Of a stretch of DNA of 64,000 nucleotides, positions 62,338 to 64,000 are shown one piece after another (position 1 is the first letter of the stretch; each line of letters begins with the position of its first letter). This stretch comes from an uncultured Gemmatimonadales bacterium (lineage in GTDB: Bacteria > Gemmatimonadota > Gemmatimonadetes > Gemmatimonadales > GWC2-71-9). The stretch lies in contig CAWGSK010000009.1 in the NCBI GenBank assembly GCA_963825055.1, forward strand, positions 254,977 through 318,976, written 5' to 3'. The notes under the pieces are model-generated. The model saw nothing but the letters and a program-made list of their open reading frames with translations. It ran no database searches and was not told the origin of the DNA. The translations under genes and the position numbers were made by a program.

Positions 62338-62730
62338 TCAGCGGCCGGGCGTGTCGGTGCCGGGCGCCAGGATGAACGCGTAGTCACCCTTGACCAGGTG
62401 CCCGTCGCGACTGCCGGTCCGCCACTGCACGACATACCGGCCGGGTGCCAGCGGGGTCTGGACCGGTGCCGCCACCGAGAGCGTGTCGTCGGTGTCCCGA
62501 ACCTTGCCGAGCGTCACCCGGCTGCTGTCTGGCGCGAGGAGCGTGATCCGCGACAGCGAAACCGAGACCGGCTCGTTGAACCAGAGCCGGATCTGGTCCG
62601 GCGCGACGGCGACGGTGGAGTCCTTCTTCGGGTAACTGTCCGTCAGGTGCGTATGCATCATCGCCGGCGGCACGACGAGCGCGCCCAGCAGGGCGGCGGT
62701 ACCGAGGCGCAGAATCCATTTCCGGGTCAT
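62338..62730 (-). CDS. copC: CopC-family periplasmic copper-binding protein
   Basis: Signal peptide then HTHLTDSYP; LWFNEPV; Y.VQWR..SRDGH. Confidence 0.9.
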   Translation of the reverse strand: MTRKWILRLGTAALLGALVVPPAMMHTHLTDSYPKKDSTVAVAPDQIRLWFNEPVSVSLSRITLLAPDSSRVTLGKVRDTDDTLSVAAPVQTPLAPGRYVVQWRTGSRDGHLVKGDYAFILAPGTDTPGR

Positions 62731-62979
62731 GCGTGCTCCTTGGGTGCTTCCGTAGCAATACGAGGCCGCCCTCCGTGGCGGCCGCGAAACATACATCCGG
62801 AACCAGCCCCCGCCAACGGCAGGCCGGCGGGAGCGACGGACCCAACTCCTTGTCATACAGGCATTTGAAATGCACATTCTCCAGGAACGGGGCTCCGGGC
62901 TATTATCCAGAGCTATAATAGGGAGCGGGCCCGCGGGCCCGCTCCGGCCCTTCCTCTATCCGTCATCCGCAACCGGACC

Positions 62980-63465
62980 ATGATCAGCGAAATGCGCGAG
63001 AAGCTGGGCCGCGAAGTCGAACAGCTCAGCCACGAACTCAATGTGAAAATTCCCCAGGCGATCGCCCAGGCCGTCGAGCTGGGCGACCTGCGGGAAAATT
63101 CGGAATACAAGGCGGCGCTGGAACGGCAGCAGTTCGTTCAGGCGCGGCTCGGGCAACTCCATGAGCGCCTGCGGCAGCTGCAGGAGCTCGTGCAGCACGC
63201 GCCGATGGACCGGGTGGGGCTCGGTTCGACGGTCATCGTGGAAGACATCGCCAGTGGCGAGGAGGAGACCTATGTCGTGGTCCTCGGCGAGATGGCGGAT
63301 TTCGACCTGGGCCACGTGTCGGTGGCGAGCCCGATCGGCCGGGCGCTGAAGGACCGGACGGCCGGCGAGGAAGTCGAGCTGCGGCTGCCCACCATGGTCC
63401 GCCGGCTCCGGATCACCTCGGTGGTCACGGTCCACGAAGCCGTGCGGGACGGGGACCGGTCCTGA
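62980..63465 (+). CDS. greA: Transcription elongation factor GreA/GreB
   Basis: GDLRENSEY, VGLGSTV, SVASPIGRAL. Confidence 0.92.
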   Translation: MISEMREKLGREVEQLSHELNVKIPQAIAQAVELGDLRENSEYKAALERQQFVQARLGQLHERLRQLQELVQHAPMDRVGLGSTVIVEDIASGEEETYVVVLGEMADFDLGHVSVASPIGRALKDRTAGEEVELRLPTMVRRLRITSVVTVHEAVRDGDRS

Positions 63466-63830
63466 TGGACGGGCCGGGCCGCCGGCTCCTCGTCGTGGGA
63501 GACCGGGTACTGATCGAGCCGGAGGACGGGGACGACCGGACGCGCCTGGGCCTCTACCTCCCCCCGACGGCCGTCGATGCACAACCGGTCCAGAGCGGCA
63601 TCATCATGGCCACGGGGCCGGGTGACCCGGTCGCCGACCCCTCGACCTTCGACGACGAACCCTGGCGCGAGGCCGAACGGACCCCGCGCTATCGCCCGAT
63701 GCAGGCGCGAGTGGGCGACCATGCGATCTTCTTCCGCAAGGCTGCTGTGGAGATCACGTTCGAGGAACGCCGGTATCTCGTCGTCCCGCAGGCCGCCATC
63801 CTCGTTCTGGTGCGCGACGACCTGCCCTGA
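63465..63830 (+). CDS. Divergent GroES/Cpn10-family co-chaperonin
   Basis: GDRVLIEP, GLYLP, GIIMATGPG, VGD, EITFEERRYLVV. Confidence 0.85.
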   Translation: MDGPGRRLLVVGDRVLIEPEDGDDRTRLGLYLPPTAVDAQPVQSGIIMATGPGDPVADPSTFDDEPWREAERTPRYRPMQARVGDHAIFFRKAAVEITFEERRYLVVPQAAILVLVRDDLP

Positions 63831-63836
63831 TCCCGC

Positions 63837-64000
63837 ATGACAACACACGACCCCGCGCCGGCGGCCGCCTCAGGGTGTTCTCCGCGTCTCGTCATGTGGC
63901 TGCTCATCATGCTGAGCGCGGTGCTGCTCCTGCCGGCGCTGGCCGGCGTACGCGGCCTGGTGAGCCCGCGAACCGGCCTGCTCTTCGCCTTCGCGTTCCT
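63837..64000 (+). CDS. Partial membrane protein running off the window end
   Basis: Open frame MTTHDPAPAA..LVMWLLIMLSAVLLLPALAGV to the end of the window. Confidence 0.55.
   Translation, partial: MTTHDPAPAAASGCSPRLVMWLLIMLSAVLLLPALAGVRGLVSPRTGLLFAFAF

Overview
This is a GC-rich bacterial chromosomal segment with about 63 CDS. Gene content suggests Gemmatimonadota (inference from ECF/zf-HC2/DUF4097 modules, a beta-propeller lipoprotein and an ECF-Ser/Thr kinase pair). I found no rRNA, tRNA, CRISPR array, integrase, transposase or recognisable defence system. Main blocks, in order: response regulators, an APC permease, an AI-2E transporter and mscL; two paralogous ECF sigma/anti-sigma/DUF4097 modules; a tandem pair of PAS hybrid histidine kinases, the first degenerate in every catalytic box; a TetR-TolC-MFP-RND efflux operon; a tesA/ybbAP-like locus; a plant/chlamydial-type FabI; two rhodanese sulfurtransferases behind a two-component system; a caa3-type cytochrome c oxidase operon; an ECF43-like sigma with a Ser/Thr kinase; a copC-copD-sco-ctaG operon; greA and a lone divergent groES. 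Many genes carry single-base indels, clustered at about 41.6-44.5, 50.4-53.5 and 57.2-58.1 kb. These look like long-read consensus errors rather than true pseudogenes. The most interesting signals are the pseudokinase-kinase pair, a duplicated ECF promoter motif defining a small regulon, a family of heptamer-built intergenic inverted repeats, a four-domain rhodanese with a signal peptide, and the greA-coupled GroES with an insertion. All product calls come from motif recognition by eye; no database search was run.
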